64,000 nt of DNA from Octopus sinensis. Lineage: Eukaryota. Below, piece by piece: positions 62,999 through 64,000 of this stretch. The notes under the pieces were generated by a model, which saw only the letters and a list, made by a program, of their open reading frames with translations, had not been told where the DNA came from and ran no database searches. Location: contig NC_042999.1 of NCBI RefSeq assembly GCF_006345805.1, positions 12,772,001-12,836,000 on the forward strand. The letters run 5' to 3'. Position numbers and translations under genes: made by a program. Position 1 is the first letter of the stretch; each line of letters starts with the position of its first letter.

Positions 62999-63124
62999 TT
63001 CCGGCATGAAAGTCAGCAACAGGTGGTGTCAGATAGTTCATAAGGTTCGTGGAATTTTGAAGCAGACCCGGTACCAATGTTACCATTTGAGTAGCTGCCA
63101 CCTGTAGGCTGCCAGCAGTGGCCG
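62999..63124 (-). CDS. DENND5: Putative DENND5 exon in the RUN1 insert (ATAGSLQVAATQMVTLVPGLLQNSTNLMNYLTPPVADFHAG)
   Basis: cttcttcggacatcag acceptor, gtaagt donor, 126 nt, phase 1-1, open only in the required frame, GC-richer than flanks; no homology support. Confidence 0.5.
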
Positions 63125-63735
63125 CTGATGTCCGAAGAAGTGAATATTATATAAATTAATATTTGAAAAACAGGTCGGCTAGGAGGAGGCTAAGGAGTAA
63201 GGGCTGTGGAAAATACTTGCTTTTAGCATATTTTGCATTGTCGGAGTGATGGGTGGAGATCAGGCATAAGTCTGTAGGTTAAGTGTTTTACTATTGACTG
63301 GAAGTATTCTATTTTGCTTATTCAGTCAACAAAATGTTGTAAGTGAAAGAGCCGCACATTTAAAGAAGACTATTTCTTGAAAAAAGCCTCACTACATACA
63401 ATGTATGAGATGAATTATGCAGAGAGTACATTAAGACTGAACTCAAGTTGTTTAAGATTTCAAAGAAATCCTAAATGCTGTAATAATGACAACTGATGGA
63501 AACAGCAGCAGAAAATCACATTGATGCAGTTATTCAAAGTAGATAATAACAGGGGACATTCTTCTGGTGCATCAGGAACTATTTCTAAATGATTCTGATT
63601 CTAAAAACCTTGCAGATTAAGAATACAAAATTTGAGGCTTCTTAATTTTGGTATATGGAACTTGTAACAGTCTATATTTGAAATGCAGTAACTATGCTAT
63701 ATATATATATGTGTGTGTGTGTGTATACATACACA

Positions 63736-64000
63736 CACGAGGGGTGAGGCTGAAAAGCTCCTGGCTTTGGGTAAAAGAAAATAGAAGAGGATCCGTTAAT
63801 TATGATTTTATTCAACATATTCCCCTCCCAGATTCACATACTTATTGCAGTAGTCTTTCAGCTTTTCTAAGCCCTGTAAAAGAACTCAGGTCTTTTGTGA
63901 TACCCTAAAATCCAGGAACTTTTCAGCAACCACTCATATATACCCTAAATATAATTGGATAATTCCTGCACAAATTACTATTTCAACATCAAATCTTTTC
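63736..64000. mobile_element. Start of a mariner-like non-autonomous element
   Basis: cacgaggggtgaggctgaaaag resembles mariner TIR starts; the other end is not in the window. Confidence 0.45.

Larger units (their letters stand above)
26392..63124 (-). other. DENND5: Gene span (3' part, 5' end outside window): DENN domain-containing protein 5, RUN1-PLAT-RUN2
   Basis: Hand-spliced exons reproduce DENND5 motifs: [63 protein letters not shown], terminal GLDI*. Confidence 0.95.

Noticed and set aside
1-64000. The many other 60-160 aa ORFs in the track
   Set aside because: They are antisense or off-frame readings of LINE and SINE copies, microsatellites or AT-rich intron, with no domain signal.

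Overview
AT-rich animal genomic DNA. The repeat content points to a coleoid cephalopod, probably Octopus (inference). It holds the 3' parts of two convergent, intron-rich genes whose 5' ends lie outside the window. (1) Plus strand, 1758-23184: the last 10 coding exons of a kielin/chordin-like protein (vWC repeats, vWD, C8, TIL; closer to KCP than to BMPER), in which the canonical GDPH motif is replaced by GNNH. (2) Minus strand, 26392 to at least 47802 and probably 63124: DENND5 (RUN1, PLAT, RUN2; 9 firm exons plus putative phase-1 exons in an expanded RUN1 insert). All firm exons were rebuilt by hand with consistent GT-AG phases. The introns are packed with mobile DNA: a near-full-length HERO-type RLE retrotransposon with a telomeric-repeat patch in its RT, a young CR1-like LINE nested in an older CR1 with a 5-bp TSD, five RTE LINE fragments (four carry a PHD-type finger in ORF2), a non-autonomous Helitron and a Meta-core SINE nested in one RTE, two R4/Dong-like fragments in (AAT)n, mariner relics, a hAT MITE and many SINEs. 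Two unexplained long hairpins are also present. I saw no rRNA, tRNA gene or CRISPR array. All calls come from reading the sequence; no searches were run.
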